Assembly: GCF_009914755.1 (NCBI RefSeq)
Contig: NC_060925.1
Source of the DNA: the human T2T-CHM13v2.0 reference genome, Homo sapiens
DNA length: 64,000 nucleotides
Direction: 5' to 3' (one strand)
Made by a program: the position numbers and the translations under genes. Below, in pieces: positions 31,062-46,843 of this stretch. How positions within the stretch are numbered: position 1 is the first letter of the stretch; each line of letters starts with the position of its first letter. The notes under the pieces were generated by a model. It was not told where the DNA came from and searched no databases. It saw only the letters and a list, made by a program, of their open reading frames with translations.

Positions 31062-33322
31062 ATATGAGGAAGCAAGACAAAGCTGGAATTTGACCCCAAA
31101 CTCCAACAGCATATAACTCCAGGTCTACAGAGAATTATTTTACTGAAGCTAGATTGGTCTGAACCAACATAAAAGCAGGCCAGAAGGATCTTATGTGTTC
31201 TTCTTCTCCAAAGCTAACCATGCCAGGAGGGGAAAAGTGGAAGGAGCACCTGTGGGAGAAGACAAGAGAGCAGACATGCAGAGCACATTTTCTTTAATGC
31301 CTAGAGTTGCTTGCCTCAGGTTTCTCCAAATAGGGTAGTAGCTCCAGGGCTTCTTTTGTGGAAAGAAGGAAAAAGGGAAACATAGATGATGGAATTTTCT
31401 TAGGGCAGCTGTAGTGTTCTTATCACTCCAGGCCTATGAATGAAAAGAGAAGAGGAATGGCCCTACATATGCATTCTGTGATGTTTGATTAACAAAGAGA
31501 CTCTACTCAGTAACACAGTGGTCAGTATCATGTCCTGAAAACTTACCAGATCATAGCAGCAGATGTCTTCTATTTCAAAGCACAATAACCTGGGAGCTAG
31601 GATTCGAATTACCTCAGTTTTTCATTTTTATCCTGTTAATCTAGTTGGCTTAACCGTAATAATAATGGTCAATTTATGGTGTGATTGTGGCTCTTGTGAG
31701 GAAAAGATCAGCAGCGCATTGAATAAGTCCCATTGATTCCATTTGTGGGACTCCTTCAGAAATCTTTCCTACTACAGCAATTGAGATCTAATATAAGGGC
31801 AGTCCAGGCCTTGAGTCCCTTTATGTATGTCCCTTGGTGTTGCCTCTAGAAGTTTCTGAAATAGATTAAGCCTGGAGACCAAGTTTATCCCATGATTACC
31901 ATTCGCACTGTGCTCACTTCATTCTTCAAGGAAGCCTTTTATTCATTCCTGCCACCTAAATGATGTTCAACTGCATTGGCCAATAAAACAGGGTAATTAA
32001 AATGAATGTGATTCTAAAGCAAAGCCCAAAACACAGTTACACATCATAAAAATGCTCCAAATTTTTTGTCACCATATTAAATTTTAGAAATCTCTTCTCA
32101 TAATCAATTACTATTCCCACATTCCAGAGTGATTCTCGAACTCTGAGTGATGGTTCTCCTAAGACTTCCAGCTCTTCCTAGGGTGACAGACGGAGGCAGG
32201 TGGAAAATCATTGCCTTTCCTACACTCTCTTCCACCATCAGGAAATTGGTAAAAGTGGATAAAAGACTAAGTGTCAAACTGTCTCTCCTTCTCTAACCCT
32301 CGTTTTTACTTCTTTTCTTTTCTAGCTCGTTCTAAACAGGTAAAGGAAGGGTTGTTATCAAATAGATTCTGCTGGAAGACCACAATGTAGCAAAGCATGT
32401 GATGGAAAATCTAGCACTGATAGACTCATTAACTCTGAAAGGTGAAGGAAATACCTTGTTCTTAGCAATGAAGTGTTACCACAGTACTTGACACAATCCT
32501 GTTGGATTAATACAAATGATTTATGTGACCCATCTAGATTCCTGTGCATGTCACTGAAGGTCTTCTTTAATACAAGCCCTATCTACTACTTCTGTGTTCC
32601 TCCCCTGACCTGTCCATTGCTTGGGTCATGAGAAGCCACTGTCTTTTCCCCACACATCCTGTTGTTTCTATGCTCTGGTTTGTTTTTATATGCTTTCCTG
32701 CTCCCTAGGATTGCTCTTCCTTCCCCTTCTTTTTCCCCATCGTCACGACCATGCTGTTCTTCACTCCATCCTTAACTTCCAGATTGAGCAGACCACTTCT
32801 TCCTCGCATCCTCATTAAACTCTGGACTCCACATTGAACAGTACCCCTAGATTGTGATCTCGTTGAGAGCAGAGAGTACCTCTGAGTCTCACTGACCTTT
32901 CTGTGTCTAGTACCAAGCACAGTGCCTGGCAAAAATAAGTGTATAATACATAGTGATCTGAATTGAGGTTCTGAAGGGAATTTACTGTATTCAATTTGTT
33001 CATCACTCTGTAAGGATCCCTAAATCTACTATTCTATTTTTACTTGGTGGATGCATTTTGGGAACCAATCATTGAAAACAACTTACATTATGTTTTCTCT
33101 GCATTCTCTGATTGCATGCCTTTTGTAAGAATATTTTATAGACAGTACTTCTCCTGTCACTCTTATGATGTGGGTTAACATCACTGTATTGAATGAATAG
33201 CTTATTTATTGAGCTGCTGGTTTTCTCATAGACTCTTTCTTTTAGAAAAATACAGCTTTGACAGATAAAGGACCTAGAATATCTATATAAAAGAAAAAAG
33301 AAAAGATATACTTGCCGTCTAA

Positions 33323-33639
<317 letters not shown>

Positions 33640-33967
33640 GCCAACTTTGATAACATTGATTTCATAACTAACCCAAGATAGATCTTGAAATCACTCAATC
33701 TATAGTTTCTTTAAAGCAAATAATTCAGCCAACAAAGGCACGTGAAATGAATGATAAGCAAGGATCATCAATACTATGATATTTATTCCACGTCTTAAGT
33801 CCAAGAGAATAACGCTGGGATACTTTCATTCCATAAAGAAGCCAAAACAATTTATGTATTGTGACTATTATGAGAAAGGCAAATTGCATTGCAGTTTGTG
33901 CTACTATGTGCTAGGTGGTGTACTTGGTAAATATTTTATTACTTCATTTAGACCTTACTACACTATT

Positions 33968-34513
33968 GTATGAATCAGGCTTCTCCAGGGAAAAGGGACC
34001 AATAAGATGTATCTATCTACATATCTTATTATACATACATACATATATACACACATACATATACACATATATGAAGAGATTTACTAAAAGGAACTGATCC
34101 ATATGATTATGGAGGCTGGCAAGTCTCAAGTCTGCAGGTGGTCAGTAGGCCATAGACTCAAGACAACCAATGGTGTAGTTCCAGTCTAAAGGCTGACAAA
34201 CTTGAGACCCAGGAATAACCAATGTTTCAGTTCAAGTCCAAAGCAGGGAAAAAGCCAATGTGCATGTCAAAGGCAGTCAGGCAAGAGAAATTCTATCTTA
34301 CTTGGGGAATGGTCATCCTTTTTGTTCTATTCAGGCCTTCAACTGATTGAATGGGGTCCACCCACATTAGGGTGGGCAATCTCGTTTACTCAGTCTACCA
34401 ATTTTAATTTTATCCAAATACATCCTCCAAGAAACACCCAGAATAATGTTTGACCAAATATCTGGGCACCCAAGGCCCAGTCAAGTTACCACATAAAATC
34501 AACCATCGTCACA
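33968..34513 (-). mobile_element. MLT2-type ERVL LTR
   Basis: ttctattcaggccttcaactgattgaatggggtccacccacattaggg ... ggcccagtcaagttaccacataaaatcaaccatc. Confidence 0.75.
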
Positions 34514-34613
34514 CCTTAGTATAAGTTCCACGACTATCCCTGCTTTTTAAATGAGAAACAGTGAGAGGTGCTGTAACTTCCTTGTCACATACAACTGGTA
34601 AACGGCAGAAACT

Positions 34614-35700
34614 TGTTGCGGGAAGTCAGGGACCCCAAATGGAGGGACCGGCTGAAGCCATGGTGGAAGAACATAAATTGTGAAGATTTCATGGACATTT
34701 ATTAGATCTCCAAATTAATACTTTTATAATTTCTTACGCCTGTCTTTACTGTAATCTCTGAACATAAATTGTGAAGATTTCATGGACACTTATCACTTCC
34801 CCAGTCAATATGCTTGTGATTTCCTATGCCTGTCTTTACTTTAATCTCTTAATCCCACCATTTTCGTAAGCTGAGGAGGATGTATGTCGCCTCAGGACCC
34901 TGTGATGATTGCGTTAACTGCACAAATTGTTTGTAGAGCATGTGTGTTTGAACAATATGAAATCTGGGCACCTTGAAAAAAGAACAGGATAACAGCAACG
35001 TTCAGGGAAGAAGAGAGATAACCTTAAACTCTTACCGCCAGTGAGCTGGGTGGAACAGAGCCATATTTCTCTTCTTTCAAAAGCAAATGGGAGAAATATT
35101 GCTGAATTCTTTTTCTCAGCAAGGAACATCCCTGAGAAAGAGAATGCCTCCCTGAGGGTAGGCCTCTAAAATGGCCCCCTTGGGTGCGGCCATCTTCTAT
35201 GGTCAAAACTGTAGGGATGAAATAAGCCCCAGTCTCCCATATCGCTCCCAGGCTTATTAGGATGAGAAAATTCCCACCTAATAAATTTTGGTCAGACTGG
35301 TTGTCTGCTCTCAAACCCTGTCTCCTGATAAGATGTTATCAATGACAATGCGTGCCAAAACTTCATTAGCAATTTTAGTTTTGCCCCAGTCCTGTGGTCC
35401 TGTGATCTCGCCCTACCTCCATTTGCCTTGTGATATATTCTATTACCTTGTGAAGCATGTGATCTCTGTGACCCACACCCTATTCGTACACTCCCTCCCC
35501 TTTGAAAATCACTAATAAAAACGTGCTGGTTTTGTGGCTTGTGGGGTGTCACGGAACCTACAGACATGTGATGTCTCCCCCGGACACCCAGCTTTAAAAT
35601 TTCTCTCTTTTGTACTCTGTCCCTTTATTTCTCAAACCGGCCGATGCTTAGGGAAAATAGAAAAGAACCTACGTGAAATCGGGGGCAGGTTCCCCTGATA
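34614..35700 (+). mobile_element. Solo MER11-type LTR (ERVK, HERVK11) inserted in a MIR
   Basis: tgttgcgggaagtcagggacccc...; 1087 bp; 6-bp TSD GAAACT (34608-34613, 35701-35706); AATAAA near 35514. Confidence 0.88.
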
Positions 35701-36578
35701 GAAACTCTGTTCCAACCCAGGTCTGACTGACCAAAGCACAGTGTTTAAAAAGAGCGTTTAGACAGAACTGGGGTTTTTGTGAGAATTACATTTTTTAAAA
35801 AATGAACCACGAAAGAATGTATCATTGTGATTGGCACACAAGCTCATTATAGCTAATATTATTATTAGCATTAAAAGCATTATTATTAATTTGTTAATAT
35901 TATATAAACCTTTGTATCCTTAGAATAGTTGATAGTGAGAATGCCAAAATGGACCTTAAATGAAAATATATGTGACCAATATTTTGTTTGATCATTATTA
36001 ATCTCTATTCTTTTTCTTGCTTTTGTGATATAAAGATAAAAAATTGTGAGTCACTGACAATTAATTCCTCCAACATATCTTCTTGTAAAGATAATATTAC
36101 CTTTGGCAGAGATATATCTCATTCCTGCTGATGTCATTAGAAAATGACAAGGTCAACCAAAATGAGAAATTGACAGCGTTCTTCTCTTTCCAGTTTTTAA
36201 TAAGTATTGTCAAAAGAAATAATAATCAGATTTGAACTTGTTTGTCCTTGAAGTGCCTTTTTCTAAAGGCCTCCTAGGAAATCTGTTGTAAGATCAAAAG
36301 CAGTTGGGAAAAAGTAAAAATCACTATGTACACTTCCTTACTCTATTCTATGTGATAGAAATAAAATACTTATTCACTGTCAGTGACCTGGGCACTAGGA
36401 TATTTGCATTCTTTTTTCCTAGAGTGTAAAAGAATGTTGGTAAAGGGAGCTCTGATACATTAATAAGCCATATGTTCTAATGTGTAAATAAAATACAGAC
36501 TTTTAGGGAATAAATGGTGTTTTCAGACCTTCAGCCTCCTTTTTAGAGCAAGACTTCAGGCAAAATTGTAAAATTAGT

Positions 36579-36614
<36 letters not shown>

Positions 36615-36728
36615 TATATATATATATTTATATATATATATTTATATATATATATTTATATATATATATATTTATATATATATTTATATATATAAATATA
36701 TATATATATTTCTTCTTCTTCTTCTTCT
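36579..36728. repeat. Compound (TA)n microsatellite with periodic TT interruptions, followed by (TTC)n
   Basis: Direct reading. Confidence 0.9.
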
Positions 36729-37977
36729 GCTATTGAGTCTCCTATATTCCGTCACCCTCAGGAACCAAAATCTTCATGTTCTTTCATCTTCACATTTTGT
36801 GTTCTCAGCAAAGGATGTGGTATCACCTTTGAGATACCATGACTTATAAGAATTATTGTATTCCTTCCACAAATCCCCTTTATAATTTAACAAGCTTTGT
36901 AATTTAAAAAGTCTTAATTTTAGGCATCAATGGGATTGAGGAGGCATTTGCTAAAATTAGAGAAAAGTTCCTGGAGTTGCTGAAATCACAACGTATAGAA
37001 AACAGGCTCTTTCTCTGCTTTTCCTAGACATTAAGGCCAGCCTGCTTGTTTCTCATTTTCTATCTAACACAGGCTCTCCATTTCAGCCACATGGATCACA
37101 GTACTAATCACCCTTACCTGATTTATATTAGTGGTTTCTTTATCTAGAAACCACTAGTACTGAAGAAGCTAGTAGTACAGAAGAAACTAGTGGATTCTTC
37201 TGTATCAATGCTATTGTCTTCACTCAAAATGCCTTCCACTCCTCTCTAGGGCAATCCATGACCCTTACCTCATCTGAGCCCAATTTAATCCAAATTCTCC
37301 TCTCTCTAACACAAACAGTTTAATCAAGAAATGAACCATCCTCCAAAGAAACAACTATAACAGAGTATAATGTAACATATACAACAGTAGCCATTTGTGC
37401 ATGGGCTGGTGATAGATTCTTGTCCCAACCCCTAAAGAGCTTATCTTCTTATAAGGGATACAGAAAAAATAATATAGTGAGGAGGATTCAATAGGAGCAA
37501 ATGGCCCAGGGTATAATAGGAACATAGAGGAGGGATACCCATGTGTGAGGGTGCATTGTTGTTGGTTGGGTAGCCCTTAGAAACTGCATTGTCTTGTTTC
37601 TCTAACTTTGCTAAGTAGCCAATGCATCATAGTTATAAAAGATAATATTTTATTCTAATAGGACCAATTAAAATATATGTCATAAACAATCTTTCCTGCA
37701 AAGGCAGTAGTGGTCAGATCCATGAGCTCCATTAGATCTTGTTATCTCTTACTCTCAGCATCTCACGCTTAATAACAAAGAGGCTGCTGGTTCATATGCA
37801 TCCCAGCTTCCCTCTCCCTGGTGTGCAAAGGTGCTCACTGAAGTGAAGTCCTCACAGCCATACCAACAAGCAGTGTTTGACATGTGGTTGCCTGCAGAAG
37901 CAGCCAGATGAAGGGTATTTAAATTTCTAAGGCACTAGGAGATTATAGAGAGCAATGATTAGGAATTGGCTTGCTTA

Positions 37978-38219
<242 letters not shown>

Positions 38220-38387
38220 GAAGTGGCCTGCTTAGTTTTGAGTTTATCACTTACCAACAGTTTGACATGGGAAAGAGGATTAAACTCTTCATGGCTTGAT
38301 TTTCTTATCTATAAAATGGATAGTACTACCTGATAGGATTGATATGAGAAGGAAATGAGATAAAGTTCTTCACATTGCACCTAACTT

Positions 38388-39003
<616 letters not shown>

Positions 39004-39004
39004 G

Positions 39005-40200
39005 CTTAGAGAAGACAAAGGATAACCTGGATAAAAAAACAAAAAGCACACTTAAGGATATACAAGGAAAGCACAAAACAGATTGTCTGGAATTGAAAAC
39101 ATAATTTACAAATGAAACATCAGTAGATGAAGAAAGAAGAACATAGTTCCTGTCTAGAGCTATGTACTGATCTGAGACATCAGATTTCTCAAGACACAGA
39201 GCAAATATTTACATTCAAAAAATGAAATCATGATGGAAAAGAGAACAGACTTAGAGAAAATATCTGTGGAGCCTAAAATGGAAAAAATAGAAATTCCAAT
39301 TAAAGAAAAAGCAACAGATGGATGAGAGAGCTGAAAAAAGGCCTGACCACTGTTTGAAAGTGCATACTACATTTTAGGAAAGACTGAAAGGAAAAGACTT
39401 AACTAGGCATATCCTCATAAAATTCCTGAATTCCAGGATAAAGAGAAAACCTCACAAAATTCCAGGCAGAAAGAAAAAGTGGTTATGAAGGCAAAACAAT
39501 CAGACTGTCTTTGAATTTCAGCAATACTTGAAGTGGTAGAATAACATCCACAGATGACTTAGAAAAAAGGACTAAAACCTATTATCCAATACAGAGGCAA
39601 TATATAATTCATGGGTCATGCAAAAGGAAAAATGTTTTGGGCTATGCTCTACCTAAGGAAAATATGTGAGAAAGGACACCAAGCAAAGAAGTTGGAACAG
39701 AGACTTAAATATAAGGGAAGATGAAGAAGAGAGGAAACTATGTTTAGAAATAAGAAAGGAAGCTTAACTGAAGATATAAAAGAAGCCGTAGATACAATGA
39801 TACAATATAGAGAATACTATGTGCAACTTTTTAACAATAAATTTGAATACCTAGAGGAAATAGATGTTTTCCTAGTAAAATGCAAATCAAAGTTGGCATA
39901 AGAAGAAATAGAGAACTTGATAGGTCAATTCATGTAGCAGACATTGAAAGTATAAAAAAGATCACTATTTAAGAAGGACAGCAGAATCAGAAAGTTTCTC
40001 AGCTGAATGTTATCTAACTTTTAAAAGAACAGTTAATTCTAGTGTTTTGTAAAACTATTTCATATATAGAAAAAGATGAGAAGTAGCCAGATTCATTTTA
40101 TAAACCCAATTCATTTTATGAGTTCAGCATTAATATGTAAGGTTGACAAATAGTGAAAAAAAAGGAAATTATAGCCAACTCCAATTATGAATATAGAGGT
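39005..40200 (+). mobile_element. Ancient L1ME/HAL1-like fragments
   Basis: A-rich; caatcagactgtctttgaatttcagc; aacaataaatttgaatacctagaggaaatagatg. Confidence 0.55.
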
Positions 40201-43200
40201 TGCCAATATGAGGGTTAGGAAGAGAAGGATAAGGAACTTTGAGAGTATGAAATCCTGAAAATAATAGTAGTTTCTTTCTGCTCTTCATCAGTCAGAACTA
40301 GATTTGCTAGCGATATATGACAGAATAGCCAAAATTACAGTGGCTTAAATGTGACAATTTTAACTTTCCATTTCATAAAAAAAAAGTCAAGAGCCAGGTT
40401 GTCCATGGCTAATACACTGACTCTTCAAAGTTATCAGGAACCCAGGCATTGTCTAGCTCTTTTATCATCACTAGACTTCATTCTCCTAGTCCAAGGTGGC
40501 TGCTGGAGCTCCAACACTCACACCCATCTGCAGCAGCAGTATAGAGAAAGGGATACAGGAAAAAGTTACAAAAGGCACATACCAATTATATTTTAATGTG
40601 GGTTACCTGAAATTGCCAGTCAGCACTGCTGCTTATAGCTTACTGGTAAGAATTTAGTCTATTTGCTACATCTAGTTGCAAAGAATTCTGGGAGTATGTG
40701 TTCATTTGCTATTTTTAATCACCTTGGCCATATGCACCATTACAAATCAGAGATTCTGTGACATAGGAAGTGGGAGAGATCAGATATTGAAATCCAGAAC
40801 TAGCTACCTCTGTTCCATGTTTCCTGGGACAAAAGCAACTCCCTGTCTGTAGGAGAGAAGTACCTTAAAGTAGGCAGTGTTGAAGAATGGCTTCCCTTCC
40901 ATGTTGTTCCTTTAAGATGCCAATGCTCATAAAAAGGAGGTTGCCTCCCAACTCACATCCTAAATAGCATAGTCCAAAGGGCAATCCATCTCCACATAGA
41001 TGCCAAAAAGGCATTTCAAACTGACATTTATAAAATAGAGCACTTACCTCTATTGGCACCCCTGCCCAAACCTATTTCTTCTCCAGTATCAGCTCTCATA
41101 CAATACCATCACCTGGCCAAGTGCTCAAACCAAAAACCTTGAAGTCATTTTTTATTCCACTCTTGTCTTCTCTACTCCCCTACCCCCTTACCTTCATTGC
41201 ATTAGTTCTACCTCCAAAATCTAACCCAAGCCTACCCACTGCTCTCCATTACCACGAATTCCAACCCTCATCCAAGCAACCATCAACTCTTGCCTTGTTG
41301 CCGAAATATCCTACCTGGTCTCATTTCCAACCTCAGCAACTAATGATCTGTTCTCCACATTGGAGACTGAATGATATTTTTACAATCCTTTTTTATTTGA
41401 TATTTAAAAATTAAAATGGTAATTTTATTTCATCAGATGAAACAACACAATCCAGATGTACATAAAGACAAATCTAGTCATCTTCCCTCTACCCACACCC
41501 CTCTGAGGTCACTTATTAACCCCCTGGCTTGTCTTTTTCCTCATCAATCTCTTTTTACACATGAACTTATACACACAAACAGATACGTGGATTTTACTTA
41601 TGTTTTCTGAAAAACAGTGCTCATTGTTCATCTTATTAGCTTGTATTTTTATTTTTTATGTACATTGTATCATAATGTACAATGTATCATAATGACATTT
41701 GAGGAGGGGGGTCTCTTATTTTCAACAGGGAGAGTTAAGCCTCTTTTAACTTGTATTTGCCCAGTTGGTATAGTCTGAGCTAAGTAAGTGGCTGAACTAG
41801 GAATTAGAAACCACTGGGCTAGCAGTCTGCCACATCATCTCTTAAGCAAGCTATAGGTAAATAGGAAAATGTCAACCACATTCAAATAACTTTTCTGAAC
41901 CCGAGGGACATCCTTTAGAAATGCCACTGTATTTAAGCAGCTAACTTGTGTGCATGCTCATGGTTGTCTAAGTGCTCACCCTAAAGGTTGTGCCAACTTA
42001 CATTCCCATCAGTATTTTGTGTTGCCCTTTTCCTGCCATCCCTGTTAAGTTTGGGTGAAAGTGATCTATCCCTTTTAATAAATTACTCTTGTTTAAAAAG
42101 ATAAGGAGCTGAGGACTGCCTACCTCATTAGCGGAGTGCAGAGGAAACAGTTGAAGACATATTTTTAGACTGTCAGACTTCATCTTAGCAGTTTAATAAA
42201 ACAACAACTGAAAAATCTACCTGCTGACATGACTTTCGTTCACAGTTGAGGTCGGGAAGCCATAACTGGTTTGAATAGATTTCTGTTTTATTTGAACAAC
42301 TTGGTTATTCCATATTGGAGTTCACTGGTAGGTCATATGCTGATAAACCATTTTACAAACTTTAAAAATGATTGCTGATCTAGATTAGAAAAGAAGTCGA
42401 TTTGGAAATGCTATGAAAACCATCGGTGAGAAATACTCTGTGTCAGCTTTCAGATAAGCATGACTGTCCATGAGCTCCCTGGTCATTTAGGGAAGCTGAG
42501 CTATTGCCTATGAAGGTTTCTGTGCAGGGTCTATGGCGAAGTGAGCTGAAAGCTCTATATGGTTGAATGAACTGAAGAGCAGAATGTCCATTGGCTACAT
42601 GTCCCAGGATCATCTGCAATGTCTGGGTTTCCACTTGGCCACACAGAAAATGGGTTGCTTATAAATTATTGTTTTAGTGTCAGCAAATAAAGTTATCATG
42701 AGTCATACTTTCTTTCCTTTTATACTGGATAGAATTTCACTTTTTAAAAGATCTTTGCATAGTGTATTTCTTAGTTGTTGTTTTTTTTCAGTGAATGCTG
42801 GAAGCTTAGAATTGAAACAGACTCCCTCTATTTAGCCTTTTTTTTTTTTAACATTTCCAATTTCTTGTTGTATTTCATGAGAGTCCTAATATCCTAATCT
42901 AGTCACACTACAGTGGTTTTCATTTATAGGATAAAATTGCACCCACAGCATCAAATTAAACTTTTTAAATTAAATCAGTGGTTAAAAAATTAACCCTGTG
43001 AACAATAAACATGTATATTTTCTATATATATATATAAAATAACTAACATGTATTTAAAAAATTATAGTTTGCAATGCCTCTCTATGCATATTTTAATCAA
43101 CCCTTATGCCAATTCTGTGAAGTTGGTGTTGTTGTCCTCCCTATTTTGCAAATAAGAGTTGGGTTACAGGAAGAATAAGTGACTTGCCCAAGTCACACAC

Positions 43201-43846
43201 CAATAACTGGTGGAAGTAGAACTCATACCCATTTTTTCAGATTCTAAGTCCTATAGCTTGTCTCCTCCTTAGAAGTAGCGGTATTGATTCATTCACTATT
43301 TATTTACTCAAAAATGTTTAACAAACTTAACAAAAACAGTGTGGGCACTGAGTTGGCTCTTAAAACACAGGAAATAATAGGACACAGTCCCTGCTTTGAT
43401 GAGCTTGTAGTCAAATAGGGGAAGGCAGTCAAGTAAACAGGAAGTGACAACACAGGATGGTCCATGCTTTGTTAGGGAAACTACAGGGAATAATGGGAGC
43501 CGTAGAGAGGCACCTAACACAGTGGGGCAGAGGGAATGATGGGGTGGTCAGCAAAAGCTTTCTGGAAGAGGTGATGTCTAAGATGAGACAATAGATAAGA
43601 ACTTGTGGTGCAAAATGGAGAAGAATATTCTGGGCTGATTGAGCAGCATGTGCAAAAGCCCTGAGGCAGGACATATCATGCTTTGGAAGGGAAGTGCTTA
43701 ATAGGTCAGCATGACTCAAATGCCGAGTGAGGATGAGAGTCATAAGACAGTTAAGGGAAAGCTGAGCAAGCTGGGCCTTGAGACGATGTTAAGGAAAGCC
43801 CTTGCAGATCTGCAAGCTGGAGAGTAATGTGTTGGCTATACTAACT

Positions 43847-44235
43847 TGTATTAGTCTGCTCAGGCTACCATGACAAAATACCATAGGCTGAGTGGCTTAA
43901 ACAACAGAAGTTTATTTTCTCACAGTTCTGGAGGTTAGAAGTCTAAGATCAAAGTGCCATCAGGTTTGGGATCTGGTGTTGCAGCTCTTCCTAGCATGTA
44001 TATTGCCACTGTCTCACTATCCTCACATGATCTTTTCTTTGTGTGTGTGCACAGAGAGATCTCTGAGAGCTCTTCCTTTTCTTATAAGGACCCCCATCCT
44101 ATCTGTTTATGGATCCAGCCTTATGTTCTCATTTAATCTTAATTACCTTCATGAAGGCCCTATTCTAAATACAGTCACATTGAGGGTTAGGGTTTCAACA
44201 AATAAATTGTAGGGATCAAAATCCAGTGTATAGCA
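43847..44235 (-). mobile_element. MLT1A/B-type LTR inside an L2
   Basis: tgtattagtctgctcaggctaccatgacaaaataccataggctgagtggcttaaacaacag. Confidence 0.75.
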
Positions 44236-45333
44236 CTACTTGAAGAAGGCTACTCTGGCATGAATTTGCAATGGATGGGAGAGGAAGTGAGACTAGAGTA
44301 AGGGAAGGCAGATAGGAGATGATAGTAATAAAAGAGGTGATGGATGACAGTGGCCTGTACTGATGCCCGGTAACTACATCTCATCACCCAAGTATCTGTG
44401 GCAATTTCATTTGGTGAACAAAAGGCAAACCTGCCTGAGCACTGTCTAAGGCTAGCAATGCGAAGAAAGGACTCCAGGCTCCTAAACTACCCCAACAACA
44501 ACCACAGAGCCCCCAGTAATGCAAATTTTTCTCAGTTGGCTGCCAGGTAATTTGCCACATCTTTGAATTGGTTTATAGTTTACCTTCTCCAGATACACAG
44601 AAACTTCTTCCTTGATGATATTTTTTCCCTGCTTAGTCAAAAGCATGCAACTGACATGCAGTAGACATCATAGCCATTCTGACTGGTATATGTGATAGAG
44701 TTGTAGTTATCTGAGAATTAGACAGATACTGATTCATGTCATGTTTCATGTATTAGATTCTCATCTAATCAAAACATTGCAAAAACATCATCTCCTAAAT
44801 ATGAAATTACTCAGTGAATAAATCATAACAGGAAGCTTTCAGGCAAGCCATATTTAGGAAATGAAATTTAAGTAGGAGAAATTACAAAAGGGATAGGGCA
44901 AACAATTGCAGTTCTGAAAATAATCATTTACACTCTCCTAGTACTTGGTGTTGGAGAAGCAATGTGGCTAATAGAAGAGAAATGCAAATTGAGAGAGTCT
45001 ACTCAATTAAGCAGGATATCATCCCCTGCGATTTACAAAAAATAAAATCTAACCTCCTTAGCATGGCATACGAAGCCTTTCAGGGTCTTTCCTCACCAGG
45101 TTGTTCTGCCTTGTATTCTTTCCTCACATGTTTCCCCTTCCTGGAATATCCTTTCCTTGTTTGCCTATTGGTCAAATTCATGTTTACTTCACAAGTTTTT
45201 GCTTAAGCATGACTTCCTCTCTGACAGCTTTTCCATCTTCTGTGCTTTACCACCCACTACATTAAGTTCTCTTTCCCTGCATTTCTATTGTACCCTGTTA
45301 CGCTTCCATTGCAGTACATTATGAATGCACATA

Positions 45334-45993
45334 CAGTTAATCCTTATTATTCACAGATTCCATATTTGTGAATTTTCCTACTTGCTAAAATTTATTTGTA
45401 ACCCCTAAATTGATACTTGCATCACTTTCCTAGTCATTTGTAGACACACATATGCATAATGGCAAAAATTTTATGTCACCTGACACACATTCCCAGCTGA
45501 GATCAAATTAAGGGACACTCTGTTTTCTTCCTTTAGCTCTCATACTATGAACATATATCTATTTTGTGGTCTGTTTGGCGCCATATTGTCACATTTTTGT
45601 GCTTTTCATTGGTGATTTCCCCATCTAGAATGGCCCCCAAGGATAGTGCTGAAGTGCTGGCTAGTGCGCCTAACCGCAAAAAGTCTCTGATGTGTCTTAA
45701 AAAGAACATGTGTGTTAGGTAAGCTTCACTTAGGCACGAAGTCTAATGCTGTTGGCTAGCATTGTATTCAATGTCAGTGAATCAAAAATATGTATTAAAT
45801 AAGGTATCTTTAAACAGAATGCCACATAAAACAAGGTTACATACTGATCAGTGGACAAAACAAATTTTGTGACCAGAGGTTCACAGGAACTTAACCCCAT
45901 GTTTCCCCTTGGAGCAGTGGTTCAATATTTGATAATTTAGCATTTGGAATGACTTTATAGAATATGATTCTCATGAATAATGAGAATAAACTA
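45334..45993 (+). mobile_element. MER82-type Tigger DNA transposon
   Basis: TA|cagttaatccttattattcac ... gaataatgagaataaacta|TA inverted ends, 660 bp. Confidence 0.75.
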
Positions 45994-46484
45994 TATTCAT
46001 ATATTTGTGTACCTATAAAATTCCTTGAGAAATGAAACTATCACCTTTGTGTACCTAACACTAGCATTATGGTTAATATAAGCACATGGTTGGTGCTTGA
46101 TATTCTTGACAATAATACCAAGGGATATTTCAAACACTGATTTCATTGGCCATTACAGGTTCTTCCTTATGCCAGTCCACCAAGAATACCTGCTTAAAGG
46201 CCAGGTAATTACAAGTCCCTTTTAAATATTAGCTTGGGCATAAGCTCCTAAGAAATTGTTAATGGTCTTAAACCTTTATTGATTTAAAGGGATTGTGGCA
46301 TTACTGAGTTGGGAGTTATGTAACTCTAGGAAAAGTCAAGACATTATCTAGTATACACAGACAGAAAGAGGCTACTTAAAACAGATTTGCTAAAGCAGTG
46401 GGTTTCAATGGTAGGGCCTAGGAATTTGTATTTTTAACAAGGACCCTAGTGATTCATATGTAAGATGTTAACAAAACACCATGA

Positions 46485-46843
<359 letters not shown>

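Noticed and set aside
36579-36710. Regularly interrupted TA array superficially like a spaced repeat array
   Set aside because: Compound microsatellite with no unique spacers; no CRISPR-like or other array system in this eukaryotic DNA
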